A stretch of 34,322 nucleotides of DNA from a virus (IMGVR_UViG_2675903330_000002); one strand, 5' to 3'. Shown: positions 1 to 8,689, numbered from the stretch's first letter. Made by a program: numbers and translations. Notes: generated from the sequence alone by a model not told the origin.

Positions 1-318
1 ATGAAAAAGATAGCTGCTATATCATTAATTAGTATTTTTATTATGTCTGGTTGTGCTGTGCATAATGATGAGACAAGTATCGGTAAATTTGGTCTTGCAT
101 ATAAAAGTAATATTCAGCGTAAACTCGATAACCAATACTACACCGAAGCCGAAGCTTCTTTAGCCAGGGGTAGAATATCTGGTGCAGAAAATATAGTAAA
201 AAATGATGCAACTCATTTCTGTGTTACTCAGGGCAAAAAAATGCAAATAGTTGAGCTGAAGACAGAAGGTGTAGGATTACATGGTGTCGCTCGTCTGACA
301 TTCAAATGTGGAGAGTGA
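1..318 (+). CDS. small host lipoprotein (signal peptide with lipobox-like ...IMSGC), left chromosomal flank
   Basis: Complete 105-aa ORF. N-terminal hydrophobic stretch followed by Cys (MKKIAAISLISIFIMSGC) is typical of a lipoprotein signal. Lies outside the att core. It may correspond to E. coli yegR by position and size, but I do not recognise the sequence itself. Confidence 0.5.
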   Translation: MKKIAAISLISIFIMSGCAVHNDETSIGKFGLAYKSNIQRKLDNQYYTEAEASLARGRISGAENIVKNDATHFCVTQGKKMQIVELKTEGVGLHGVARLTFKCGE

Positions 319-477
319 GAATATTTTTTGGTAAGCGTCAAATATGCGCGTTCTGGCTGTGCGTAGCCGGAACCTGTGGGAGCACGATGCCGATAAGTGA
401 AAGGCATCGTGCTATGAAGGAGGATTCTATCGATGTGGTCAATGGAAGACGGTTACCAGAGATAGGGCTTATGCATA

Positions 478-504
478 AAAAAATAAGCCCGTGTAAGGGA
501 GATT
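478..504. repeat. attL core, 27-bp direct repeat AAAAAATAAGCCCGTGTAAGGGAGATT
   Basis: Exact 27-nt copy of the sequence at 32790-32816, and as I recall it this is the P2 att core. Lies immediately outside the 3' end of int. Confidence 0.8.
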
Positions 505-583
505 TAGGGTGTCACCAGTAGGGGCTTTCAACGGTACAATGCGGGTTTGAGCGGCATAAATTACCACTGAAAGCCCTTAAACG

Positions 584-1597
584 TTACTCTACTGTGGACA
601 CTGTGTGGACACTCTCGGCTTCAGTACCACCTCTTAGCGGATTAAGAGAAATGGCGTCCTGAAGGTACTCTGGCGCAAAATGAGCGTAAACCATAGTTTG
701 CTCAATCCGCGTGTGACCTAGTATCCGTTGTAGCGTGATAATACTTCCTCCATTAATCATGAAATGAGTGGCAAAGCTGTGCCTTAGTGCATGTGTGGCT
801 TGCCCCGTTGGCAAATCCGGTTTTATTGCTTTCATTGTTCGTCTGAAGCGAGGGTAATCAGCATCAGGGAATAAAAAACCTCGTTTGTTATCCGCGATCA
901 TTTTGGCAACAGCCTCTGAGATCGGGACGGTGCGTGGTTTGTTTGTTTTCGTTTTAACAAACGTGACGCGGTTATGGATGATATTTTCTGCTTTCAAACG
1001 AGCTGCTTCTCCCCAACGTGCTCCTGTACTCAGGCAAAGAATCGCAATCTTTTTGTTGTCGCCGTCAAGTGCTGCAAGCAGTAAGGCAATTTCTTCCTGT
1101 GTGAGATAGCCTGTTTCTGGTTTTTCCTCCTTAAGCCTCTTTGTCCCTCTGATAGGGTGCTCACCAAAGAATAACTCCGCTTCAATCAGGGCTGTAAACA
1201 TGCCGCTAATACATGTTAAATCACGATTGATACTCGAAGGTTTAATACCCTGACTTCTTCGGGTGGCGCAGTACTGGCTGATAAGGGATTTCGTAATTTG
1301 AAATGCGCATGGGTCATTCGTTATTTTTGTGAAGATTTCAATTTTTCCAAGATTAGATTTCCCATGCTCTTCGTGTTTACCCTTTAAATCCCACCAGATC
1401 TGTGTCAGCTCCGACAGACGCCGCTTGTCTGTTGGTTTTGATAGCCATTCTTTATTGTGGTGGTTGTACAACGTGTATTTCTCGAAAGCGACAGCTTCGC
1501 TTTTCTTATCAAACTTCCTACGGATGCGTTTTCCATTACGTCCAGTAGGGCGGATGTCCACTTCATATCGACCATCATCGAGTTTTTTGATTGCCAT
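584..1597 (-). CDS. int: tyrosine integrase (P2 Int-like), 337 aa
   Basis: 337-aa ORF adjacent to the att core. C-terminal catalytic region shows ...ATHALRHSFATHF...LGHTRIEQTMVYAHF. ATG at 1597 is preceded by GGAGGG. Confidence 0.9.
   Translation of the reverse strand: MAIKKLDDGRYEVDIRPTGRNGKRIRRKFDKKSEAVAFEKYTLYNHHNKEWLSKPTDKRRLSELTQIWWDLKGKHEEHGKSNLGKIEIFTKITNDPCAFQITKSLISQYCATRRSQGIKPSSINRDLTCISGMFTALIEAELFFGEHPIRGTKRLKEEKPETGYLTQEEIALLLAALDGDNKKIAILCLSTGARWGEAARLKAENIIHNRVTFVKTKTNKPRTVPISEAVAKMIADNKRGFLFPDADYPRFRRTMKAIKPDLPTGQATHALRHSFATHFMINGGSIITLQRILGHTRIEQTMVYAHFAPEYLQDAISLNPLRGGTEAESVHTVSTVE
593..611. promoter_or_regulatory. candidate Int arm-type binding sites (TGTGGACA x2, direct, about 11 bp apart)
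   Basis: Tandem TGTGGACA at 593-600 and 604-611 inside the 3' end of int. A matching pair TGTGGTCA/TGTGGACG occurs at 32731-32750 on the other arm. Confidence 0.4.
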
Positions 1598-1712
1598 CAG
1601 AAAACCCTCCGAGTGGTGTGTTTTTTTGCGACTACTAATCGCTTTTTTCGTGGTGGCTGAAATTTAGCCACCAATAGTAGGCACTTGTGATGAATATATT
1701 CACGATGAATTG

Positions 1713-2012
1713 TTAACCAGTCTTTTGACCGGAGTGGGGCGACGTTGTTTCGTTTTGCCCAAAGTGTGCGAGAGCGGGCGCAATTTGCCCGGACTCAGGA
1801 GCGATCTGATTGGTCATGAACCATAAAGTGTATTTGGTGAATTGTGGGGTCTGCAGGATGTTCATCATGACATCTGTTGGAGGTGTTGAACGACCACTTT
1901 CATAGTAACTCAGCGTGCCATACGGAACCCCTGTTAAATCAGCAAGTTGTTGTCTGCTCAAATACTCTGATTTTCGCATTAAGACTATCTTCTCGCTTAT
2001 CGTGTTTGACAT
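1713..2012 (-). CDS. C: immunity repressor C (P2 C-like), 99 aa
   Basis: 99-aa ORF divergent from cox with an HTH-like segment (LSRQQLADLTGVPYGTLSYYESG). Position and size match P2 C. Confidence 0.85.
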   Translation of the reverse strand: MSNTISEKIVLMRKSEYLSRQQLADLTGVPYGTLSYYESGRSTPPTDVMMNILQTPQFTKYTLWFMTNQIAPESGQIAPALAHFGQNETTSPHSGQKTG

Positions 2013-2126
2013 GGTGTTTAGATCTCAATAGTATTTAGTTTAGATATAGATTGTTTAGTGCTTGGATGTGGGCACTAAAAGGCATTATAAGACATTAAAC
2101 GCAATTCATGAGGGCTAGAGGACGAC
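2013..2126. promoter_or_regulatory. C/cox divergent promoter-operator region with direct repeats
   Basis: GTTTAGAT repeated at 2016-2023 and 2038-2045 (22 bp apart), with a further GTTTAG at 2053. P2 C repressor is known to bind direct repeats flanking the early promoter. Confidence 0.45.
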
Positions 2127-2402
2127 ATGAGCAAGCAAGTAACACTCATGACTGATGCGATTCCTTATCAGGAGTTCGCAAAACTAATAGGAAAATCGAC
2201 AGGAGCGGTTCGTCGGATGATCGATAAAGGAAAGCTGCCTGTAATTGATATGACCGATCCACAATCAGCTTCAGGTCGTGCAGGTGAATATTGGGTATAC
2301 CTTCCGGCATGGAATAACGGACTAAAACTGGCTTATGAAAGCCGCCCTAAAGAGATTCGTGACGGCTGGTTGATGTGGTTAGGTCTCGGTGAACCACGTT
2401 AA
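2127..2402 (+). CDS. cox: Cox (excisionase / transcriptional switch), 91 aa
   Basis: 91-aa ORF divergent from C, with AGAGGA upstream of the ATG. Size and position as P2 Cox. Confidence 0.85.
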   Translation: MSKQVTLMTDAIPYQEFAKLIGKSTGAVRRMIDKGKLPVIDMTDPQSASGRAGEYWVYLPAWNNGLKLAYESRPKEIRDGWLMWLGLGEPR

Positions 2403-2412
2403 GGAGAACCGT

Positions 2413-2583
2413 ATGAATGAGCCTCGTTGTATTGCTCAGTTACTGCGTAACGAAAGCCCCAGGGCGATTGACTTCACCATCACCCACGGTAAGGGGCGTA
2501 AGGGAATCATTATCCGCACCAAAAAACAGAGTCCGTTAAAAAAGGCTCTGACCTTTCTGAAAAGCCGGAGGGTATGGAAATGA
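2413..2583 (+). CDS. P2 orf78-like small protein (56 aa)
   Basis: ATG at 2413 preceded by AAGGAG. The six-frame track gives a longer 64-aa ORF from an upstream alternative start. Confidence 0.6.
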   Translation: MNEPRCIAQLLRNESPRAIDFTITHGKGRKGIIIRTKKQSPLKKALTFLKSRRVWK

Positions 2584-3080
2584 CAGTGATGACGCTCAAT
2601 CTCGTTGAAAAACAGCCAGCAGCTATGCGCCGGATAATTGGTAAGCATCTTGCCGTTCCTCGCTGGCAGGATACATGTGATTATTATAATCAGATGATGG
2701 AGCGCGAACGGCTAACAGTTTGCTTTCATGCGCAGTTAAAACAGCGTCACGCAACGATGCGTTTTGAAGAAATGAACGACGTCGAACGTGAACGACTGGT
2801 ATGTGCAATTGATGAATTGCGTGGGGCATTCTCAAAACGCCGTCAGGTTGGCGCAAGTGAGTATGCATATATTAGTTTTTTAACAGTCAGTCAGCGTCGT
2901 ACTTTATTTATGCATGCCGGATTGACTGAAAAAGAATTCAACCAGCCATACTGGCGAATTAATGAAGAGTCATGTTACTGGCGTGATGCTTTATTCCGTG
3001 CATTACGTGAATTATTCAGTCTGTTTGAGTATGCACCGACAATTCTGACGTCGGTAAAACCAGAGCAATATCTGCATTAA
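2580..3080 (+). CDS. B: replication protein B-like (166 aa)
   Basis: ORF in the P2 B position. Start taken as the second ATG (2580) to match the expected size; the ATG at 2574 is also possible. Confidence 0.65.
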   Translation: MTVMTLNLVEKQPAAMRRIIGKHLAVPRWQDTCDYYNQMMERERLTVCFHAQLKQRHATMRFEEMNDVERERLVCAIDELRGAFSKRRQVGASEYAYISFLTVSQRRTLFMHAGLTEKEFNQPYWRINEESCYWRDALFRALRELFSLFEYAPTILTSVKPEQYLH

Positions 3081-3143
3081 GTAATTAACCAGAGTTTTTA
3101 ACGCACTTAATCGTGCGGGGCTTCTTTTTGCCTGGAGAAAGTC

Positions 3144-3368
3144 ATGCATACAGTTTCTGAAAATCAGTGCGGTAAATACGCATTACTGCTGCAACAGGCC
3201 AGAACCGAAGCACAGGCCGACGCTGCGACGCGCTTTTCTTCTCATCTTGACGCCATGATTCGCCACATAACAAAGGCGGAGTTATCCCGCGTGGAGATAG
3301 TCGAGCTGCTCAGTCAGGAGTCGGAAAAATTTCACAATATCGGATTGTCTCGCGGGGAGGTGCTTTGA
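3144..3368 (+). CDS. P2 orf80-like hypothetical protein (74 aa)
   Basis: ATG preceded by GGAGAAAG. Part of a tightly packed early operon. Confidence 0.6.
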   Translation: MHTVSENQCGKYALLLQQARTEAQADAATRFSSHLDAMIRHITKAELSRVEIVELLSQESEKFHNIGLSRGEVL

Positions 3369-3667
3369 TGTCCTGTTCTCATTCAGTTGTATTACTGAAT
3401 AACGCCTTAAAAATCGCCGTTATGGAAAATGGTGATTTGTCTCTTATTCAACTTGGTCTTGATAAAGAAAAACGCGACATAACTGAATCTGTTATCGCGA
3501 TTTATCAGAATGAATTAAACCTCCTGTCTGATGTGGTCAATTTACTTGTTAAACGCGCTGTATTCCACAAGCAAATTTCCTCCGTGGATGAACTGACAAA
3601 ATTAACGACAGAACTTGCCAGTTATTGCGCTGATGTATCCAGGAAACTTAACGATAAAAGGAGCTGA
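3368..3667 (+). CDS. P2 orf81-like hypothetical protein (99 aa)
   Basis: ATG at 3368 overlaps the stop of the preceding ORF (TGATG). The track ORF starts at a TTG three bases upstream. Confidence 0.6.
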   Translation: MSCSHSVVLLNNALKIAVMENGDLSLIQLGLDKEKRDITESVIAIYQNELNLLSDVVNLLVKRAVFHKQISSVDELTKLTTELASYCADVSRKLNDKRS

Positions 3668-3669
3668 TA

Positions 3670-3894
3670 ATGCCGGACAACGTAGATTTTATTCAGGAAC
3701 AACAGACTGAATTACTGGAGCGCCAGATTAACGCGGCAAGGGTAAAACATTGCGGTGCTTCTGCGCTGGTTTGCGAAGAGTGTGACGCGCCAATACCTGC
3801 TGCCCGTCGTGCGGCTTATCCGTCAGCCACGCGTTGTGTTTCCTGTCAGTCAGTCTTTGAAGCAAAAAACAAACATTACCGGAGAACGGCATGA
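3670..3894 (+). CDS. TraR/DksA-family C4 zinc-finger protein (P2 orf82-like), 74 aa
   Basis: CxxC...CxxC pattern (CEECDAPIP...RCVSCQ). AAAAGGAG upstream of the ATG. Confidence 0.7.
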   Translation: MPDNVDFIQEQQTELLERQINAARVKHCGASALVCEECDAPIPAARRAAYPSATRCVSCQSVFEAKNKHYRRTA

Positions 3895-4166
3895 GTATTC
3901 GTATTGAAATTGGCGAACGTTATGTCGTTACCAGTGACAGCTTTCAGTTTATTCTCCACGAGAAAAAGAGAGCGGAAAGCGGTAAAAACGCCGGTCAGGA
4001 ATGGCTGTCGGTGGTTGGTTATTACCCGAAATTAAGCCAGCTCGTTTCCGGCCTGATGCATCACGATATTCTGACCGGAAGCGCAAAGTCTTTTGCTGAT
4101 TTAAACGTGCAGGTTGAGCAACTCAGCAAGCGTTGTTCAGAGGCTTTTGGCTCATATGGCCGTTAA
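3891..4166 (+). CDS. P2 orf83-like hypothetical protein (91 aa)
   Basis: ORF with ATG at 3891 overlapping the upstream stop. Its 3' end overlaps the start of A. Confidence 0.55.
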   Translation: MSIRIEIGERYVVTSDSFQFILHEKKRAESGKNAGQEWLSVVGYYPKLSQLVSGLMHHDILTGSAKSFADLNVQVEQLSKRCSEAFGSYGR

Positions 4167-6432
4167 AGCCTCCGGGCGTTTTGTCCCTCCGTCAGCATTT
4201 GCCGCAGGCACCGGTAAGGCGTTTACCGGTGCTTATGCATGGAACGCGCCACGCGAGGCTGTCGGGCGCGAAAGACCCCTTACACGTGACGAGATGCGTC
4301 AGGTGCAAGGTGTTTTATCCACGATTAACCGCCTGCCTTACTTTTTGCGCTCGCTGTTTACTTCACGCTATGACTACATCCGGCGCAATAAAAGCCCGGT
4401 GCACGGGTTTTATTTTCTCACATCCACTTTTCAGCGTCGTTTATGGCCGCGCATTGAGCGTGTGAATCAGCGCCATGAAATGAACACCGACGCGTCGTTG
4501 CTGTTTCTGGCAGAGCGTGACCATTATGCGCGTCTGCCGGGGATGAATGACAAGGAGCTGAAAAAGTTTGCCGCCCGTATCTCATCGCAGCTTTTCATGA
4601 TGTATGAGGAACTCTGCGATGCCTGGGTGGATGCGCATGGCGAAAAAGAATCGCTGTTTACGGATGAGGCGCAGGCTCACCTCTATGGTCATGTTGCTGG
4701 TGCTGCACGTGCTTTCAATATTTCCCCTCTCTACTGGAAAAAATACCGTAAAGGGCAGATGACCACGAGGCAGGCATATTCTGCCATTGCCCGTCTGTTT
4801 AACGATGAGTGGTGGACCCATCAGCTTAAAGGCCAGCGTATGCGCTGGCATGAGGCGTTACTGATTGCTGTCGGGGAGGTCAATAAAGACCGTTCTCCTT
4901 ATGCCAGTAAACATGCCATTCGTGATGTGCGTGCACGCCGCCAGGCAAATCTGGAATTTCTTAAATCGTGTGATCTCGAAAACAGGGAAACCGGCGAGCG
5001 CATCGACCTTATCAGTAAGGTGATGGGCAGTATTTCTAATCCTGAAATTCGCCGGATGGAGCTGATGAACACCATTGCCGGTATTGAGCGTTACGCCGCA
5101 GCAGAGGGTGATGTGGGGATGTTTATCACGCTGACCGCGCCGTCAAAGTATCACCCGACACGTCAGGTCGGAAAAGGCGAAAGTAAAACCGTCCAGCTTA
5201 ATCACGGCTGGAATGATGAGGCATTTAATCCAAAGGATGCGCAGCGATATCTCTGCCGTATCTGGAGCCTGATGCGCACGGCATTCAAGGATAATGATTT
5301 ACAGGTCTACGGTTTGCGTGTCGTCGAGCCACACCACGACGGAACGCCGCACTGGCATATGATGCTTTTTTGTAATCCACGCCAGCGTAACCAGATTATC
5401 GAAATCATGCGTCGCTACGCGCTCAAAGAGGATGGAGACGAAAGAGGAGCTGCGCGAAACCGTTTTCAGGCAATACACCTTAACCGGGGCGGTGCTGCGG
5501 GATATATCGCGAAATACATTTCAAAAAACATCGACGGCTATGCACTGGATGGTCAGCTCGATAACGATACCGGCAGGCCGCTGAAAGACACTGCCGCGGC
5601 TGTTACCGCATGGGCGTCAACGTGGCGCATTCCGCAATTTAAAACGGTTGGCCTGCCGACAATGGGGGCTTACCGTGAACTACGCAAATTGCCTCGCGGC
5701 GTCAGCATTGCTGATGAGTTTGACGAACGCGTCGAGGCTGCACGCGCTGCCGCAGACAGTGGCGATTTTGCGCTGTATATCAGCGCGCAGGGTGGGGCAA
5801 ATGTCCCGCGCGATTGTCAGACTGTCAGGGTCGCCCGTAGCCCGTCGGATGACGTTAACGAGTACGAGGAAGAGGTCGAGAGAGTGGTCGGCATTTACGC
5901 GCCGCATCTCGGCGCGCGTCATATTCATATCACCAGAACGACGGACTGGCGCATTGTGCCGAAAGTTCCGGTCGTTCAGCCTTTGACTTTAAAAAGCGGC
6001 ATCGCCGCGCCTCGGAGTCCTGTCAATAACTGTGGAAAGCTCACCGGTGGTGATACTTCGTTACCGGCTCCCACACCTTCTGAGCACGCCGCAGCAGTGC
6101 TTAATCTGGTAGATGACGGTGTTATCGAATGGAATGACCAGGAGGTCGTGAGGGCGCTCAGAGGTGCATTAAAACACGGTCTGAGAAGACCAAACCGTCA
6201 GCAAAGAAACGGAAGCCCGTTAAAACCGCATGAAATAGCGCCATCGGCCAGACTGACCCGGTCGGAACGAATGCAAATTACCCGTATCCGCGTTGACCTT
6301 GCTCAGAACGGTATCAGGCCACAGCGATGGGAGCTTGAGGCGCTGGCGCGTGGCGCGACCGTAAATTATGACGGGGAAAAATTCACGTATCCGGTCGCTG
6401 ATGAGTGGCCGGGATTCTCAACAAACATATAA
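4156..6432 (+). CDS. A: replication initiation endonuclease A (rolling-circle, HUH-type)
   Basis: About 758-aa ORF in the P2 gpA position, with an H-x-H metal-binding motif (HWHMMLF) and nearby Tyr residues. The track ORF starts at a TTG at 4114; the first ATG is at 4156. Confidence 0.85.
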   Translation: MAVKASGRFVPPSAFAAGTGKAFTGAYAWNAPREAVGRERPLTRDEMRQVQGVLSTINRLPYFLRSLFTSRYDYIRRNKSPVHGFYFLTSTFQRRLWPRIERVNQRHEMNTDASLLFLAERDHYARLPGMNDKELKKFAARISSQLFMMYEELCDAWVDAHGEKESLFTDEAQAHLYGHVAGAARAFNISPLYWKKYRKGQMTTRQAYSAIARLFNDEWWTHQLKGQRMRWHEALLIAVGEVNKDRSPYASKHAIRDVRARRQANLEFLKSCDLENRETGERIDLISKVMGSISNPEIRRMELMNTIAGIERYAAAEGDVGMFITLTAPSKYHPTRQVGKGESKTVQLNHGWNDEAFNPKDAQRYLCRIWSLMRTAFKDNDLQVYGLRVVEPHHDGTPHWHMMLFCNPRQRNQIIEIMRRYALKEDGDERGAARNRFQAIHLNRGGAAGYIAKYISKNIDGYALDGQLDNDTGRPLKDTAAAVTAWASTWRIPQFKTVGLPTMGAYRELRKLPRGVSIADEFDERVEAARAAADSGDFALYISAQGGANVPRDCQTVRVARSPSDDVNEYEEEVERVVGIYAPHLGARHIHITRTTDWRIVPKVPVVQPLTLKSGIAAPRSPVNNCGKLTGGDTSLPAPTPSEHAAAVLNLVDDGVIEWNDQEVVRALRGALKHGLRRPNRQQRNGSPLKPHEIAPSARLTRSERMQITRIRVDLAQNGIRPQRWELEALARGATVNYDGEKFTYPVADEWPGFSTNI

Positions 6433-6535
6433 AAATGATTGAAATGGTTGATTTTGCTTCCACTTGATGGTTGGTATCAGCAACTGATGGATCATGCGGA
6501 ACTGCGTGGCGATCTTGCTTTGGAAGCATGTCATT

Positions 6536-6754
6536 ATGACTAATGCATACATTACTAGCTATGCGTCCGGTTCCGCCATTGTACTCGTGCAAGAGTCTGC
6601 GGCTGATGGCTATTGTTTACAAATTATGGTCAAAGAGAATCTGACCCTCTACGAGTTGGTCGGAGGGACTGAGATCGTCAGTGATAACTGCAGCCGTATG
6701 GGAGAAATCAATAATCCCAACCGTCCATATTTCTACCTTCACGCGTGCCCATAA
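6536..6754 (+). CDS. hypothetical small protein (orphan ORF between A and the RT gene)
   Basis: ORF only, with no clear Shine-Dalgarno sequence. It occupies the region where P2 has orf91. May be non-coding. Confidence 0.2.
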   Translation: MTNAYITSYASGSAIVLVQESAADGYCLQIMVKENLTLYELVGGTEIVSDNCSRMGEINNPNRPYFYLHACP

Positions 6755-6780
6755 TCTGTCACCACGTTGACCATAGAAAA

Positions 6781-6825
6781 CCCCGTCGACGCTGAAACTC
6801 GCTTTCAGTGCTGGCGGGGGTGAAC
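6781..6825 (-). terminator. possible rho-independent terminator for the minus-strand RT gene
   Basis: CCCCG (6781-6785) pairs with CGGGG (6815-6819), with an inner CTGAAA/TTTCAG stem. On the minus strand the hairpin is followed by TTTTCT. Confidence 0.3.
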
Positions 6826-6919
6826 AACGAGCTTGCGAGGCGTTAGGGATGTCGAAATTTCATATGACTGTTCGCTTTAATGCTTAACGAAGTCATGTTG
6901 AGTTAATAACATTGTTTCG

Positions 6920-8464
6920 TTAAGCGCTGTGTTCCTTGTCGAATAAGTTCACTTCTTCTGGTGTAATATCATTATCCATTTCTTCGAATGCATCTAAATC
7001 CACAATTTTTGTTTTTTTCAAAATTGATAGTATTTTCTGTTTGTTTTTACTTTTGGCTGAGCCCGGAATCCACTCTACATCCCACAGGCCATCAATGGTA
7101 AATGTTTTTTTTCCCTTGAGTTCATCATTTATGCGTTGACATAGGGCTGTTTTGTAATCGCCTTCCCATTGTGTGTGTATCTTCCCTTGAACTCGTTGAA
7201 ACCAAATATCTAACATTTCAGTATTTGGTTGTTTACCTAGTTTACAATGAAGTTGTTGTAACTTGCCAAATTTGAGTTCATCGTCGTCATAAAGGAAGGT
7301 CAAGAGTTTTGCGAAAATAGCCATTCCCACTGGGTAGGTGGTTGGGTTTTTAGCCATGATGCTTGAAATAATTCCAAGCATTGCATCTAGTTGATGCCCA
7401 CTATTTGTGATCTTTTTCTTCCTAAATAATTTTCGCAAGAAATCATTTAAATATCTAACTGTAATTTTGGAGTTTTGATGTTTTAAAGAAAATAAATATA
7501 TTGCATACAACATTTTCTGTAGGGAGTTGAACGACCTTTCTATAATATATTCTTTTTTTGCTGATTTAAGGGAGTGAAGAATGATGTCGTCATGTAGTTC
7601 TGTTTTTCTTGAGTTTAAATCAAGCCCAAACTCACCTAAGACCTCAACCAAACACTTTGAGATTTTGTCCAAATCATCTTTACTGCTTGAAAATATTCGA
7701 TAATCATCTCTGTAGCGAACTACTTTGTAATCCGTTATTTTTTGCTCTTCAGTTTTTTTTCTTAGCTGTAAATCAATTTCGCCTAAAATTAATTCGGCAA
7801 ATGTATCCATCAACGTACTACCCAATGGTATTCCGTTTGTCTGATTACTCATCATCATCTGGATATGAGTGTCAATCAATCGTCCTGGGTTATTGTTATT
7901 TTCTTTCTTTTTGGCCTCTTCTTTTGAGATGAATACCCATTCAAAGCTATGAGTGTAAATAGAAGGGTAGAAGTTTGAAATATCTGTGCTGAACATGAAC
8001 TCATACTCAAGAGCCAATGAAAGACTTTTTTGTTCAAAATCTTCCCACCAGTTTAAAACAGATGCAGCTACGTTTGAGGTGTTCTTTTTGCTCACTGGGG
8101 TACTTGAGCATAAAAAAAGATCATTAGACTCAAACTCTCTAAATTTATTCTTTATAGCCTTCCAGTTGGAAGGGGATGTAATAAGTTTACAAAAATACAC
8201 GTAGTACAGAGGATTAATTAGTGTTATTCGTCGCCAGCTATATAAGCCATCTTTGCTGACTAAAACCTCGTAATTTATATTCTTCCCCATCAATGACTTG
8301 GAGTCAGGTTGGAAGTTGATTTTACCTTCATCTATCGCGGAGTTGATTTCTTCAAGCAAGGAAGAAAAATCGACATAACTGGGTAGCTCCAGAGTAGTGT
8401 ATGAATCATGCTGCAGAAAATACTTAAGCGCTCTACCAGTAGTTAATTCATAAATCTTTTTCAT
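6920..8464 (-). CDS. Abi-type reverse transcriptase (AbiA/AbiK/Abi-P2-like), 515 aa, in the P2 tin/old slot
   Basis: RT palm motifs readable in the translation: RRITLINP (motif 1), FSTDISNFYPSIY (motif A), NGIPLGSTLMDTFAEL (motif B), VRYRDDYRIF (YxDD, motif C), GLDLNSRKTEL (motif D/E). An extra C-terminal domain of about 175 aa follows. Start taken at MKKIYEL (8464); the track's longer form starts at 8590. The gene is AT-rich relative to the phage backbone. Confidence 0.75.
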   Translation of the reverse strand: MKKIYELTTGRALKYFLQHDSYTTLELPSYVDFSSLLEEINSAIDEGKINFQPDSKSLMGKNINYEVLVSKDGLYSWRRITLINPLYYVYFCKLITSPSNWKAIKNKFREFESNDLFLCSSTPVSKKNTSNVAASVLNWWEDFEQKSLSLALEYEFMFSTDISNFYPSIYTHSFEWVFISKEEAKKKENNNNPGRLIDTHIQMMMSNQTNGIPLGSTLMDTFAELILGEIDLQLRKKTEEQKITDYKVVRYRDDYRIFSSSKDDLDKISKCLVEVLGEFGLDLNSRKTELHDDIILHSLKSAKKEYIIERSFNSLQKMLYAIYLFSLKHQNSKITVRYLNDFLRKLFRKKKITNSGHQLDAMLGIISSIMAKNPTTYPVGMAIFAKLLTFLYDDDELKFGKLQQLHCKLGKQPNTEMLDIWFQRVQGKIHTQWEGDYKTALCQRINDELKGKKTFTIDGLWDVEWIPGSAKSKNKQKILSILKKTKIVDLDAFEEMDNDITPEEVNLFDKEHSA

Positions 8465-8670
8465 AATTAGTGATTTCTTCTTAAGTTGCGCACAAATAAC
8501 TACCTGTTTTCTATCATGATAACGATGCGAATGCGAGCAATTCAGGAAGTGCATTACTCTGCATCGAAGCGCACGCAAGTCAGAGAACAATAACTGCCTG
8601 GCGACATCAGGACTGGCGCGCTAGTTGAGTGGTCATGCAACTGCATTAAAACCGCCCCATGAAGCGGGCG

Positions 8671-8689
8671 GGCGAGGCGGGGGAAGCAC
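8671..8689. other. cos site (19-nt cohesive-end sequence GGCGAGGCGGGGGAAGCAC)
   Basis: Matches the P2/186 cohesive-end sequence as I recall it, with at most one difference. Lies between the A-side genes and Q as in P2, within a GC-rich dyad region. Confidence 0.7.

Noticed and set aside
306-521. 71-aa plus-strand ORF spanning the left flank and the attL core
   Set aside because: It runs through the hairpin and the 27-bp att core, has no ribosome-binding site and a Cys/Arg-rich low-complexity translation. Most likely a chance ORF in intergenic DNA.
4114-4155. Longer 772-aa form of gene A starting at 4114
   Set aside because: Position 4114 is a TTG and the extension overlaps orf83 by more than 50 nt. 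The first ATG (4156) gives a product close to the expected gpA size.
8652-8671. GC-rich stem-loop initially read as a terminator or ncRNA hairpin
   Set aside because: It directly abuts the 19-nt cos sequence (8671-8689), so it is better explained as part of the terminase recognition region than as an RNA element.
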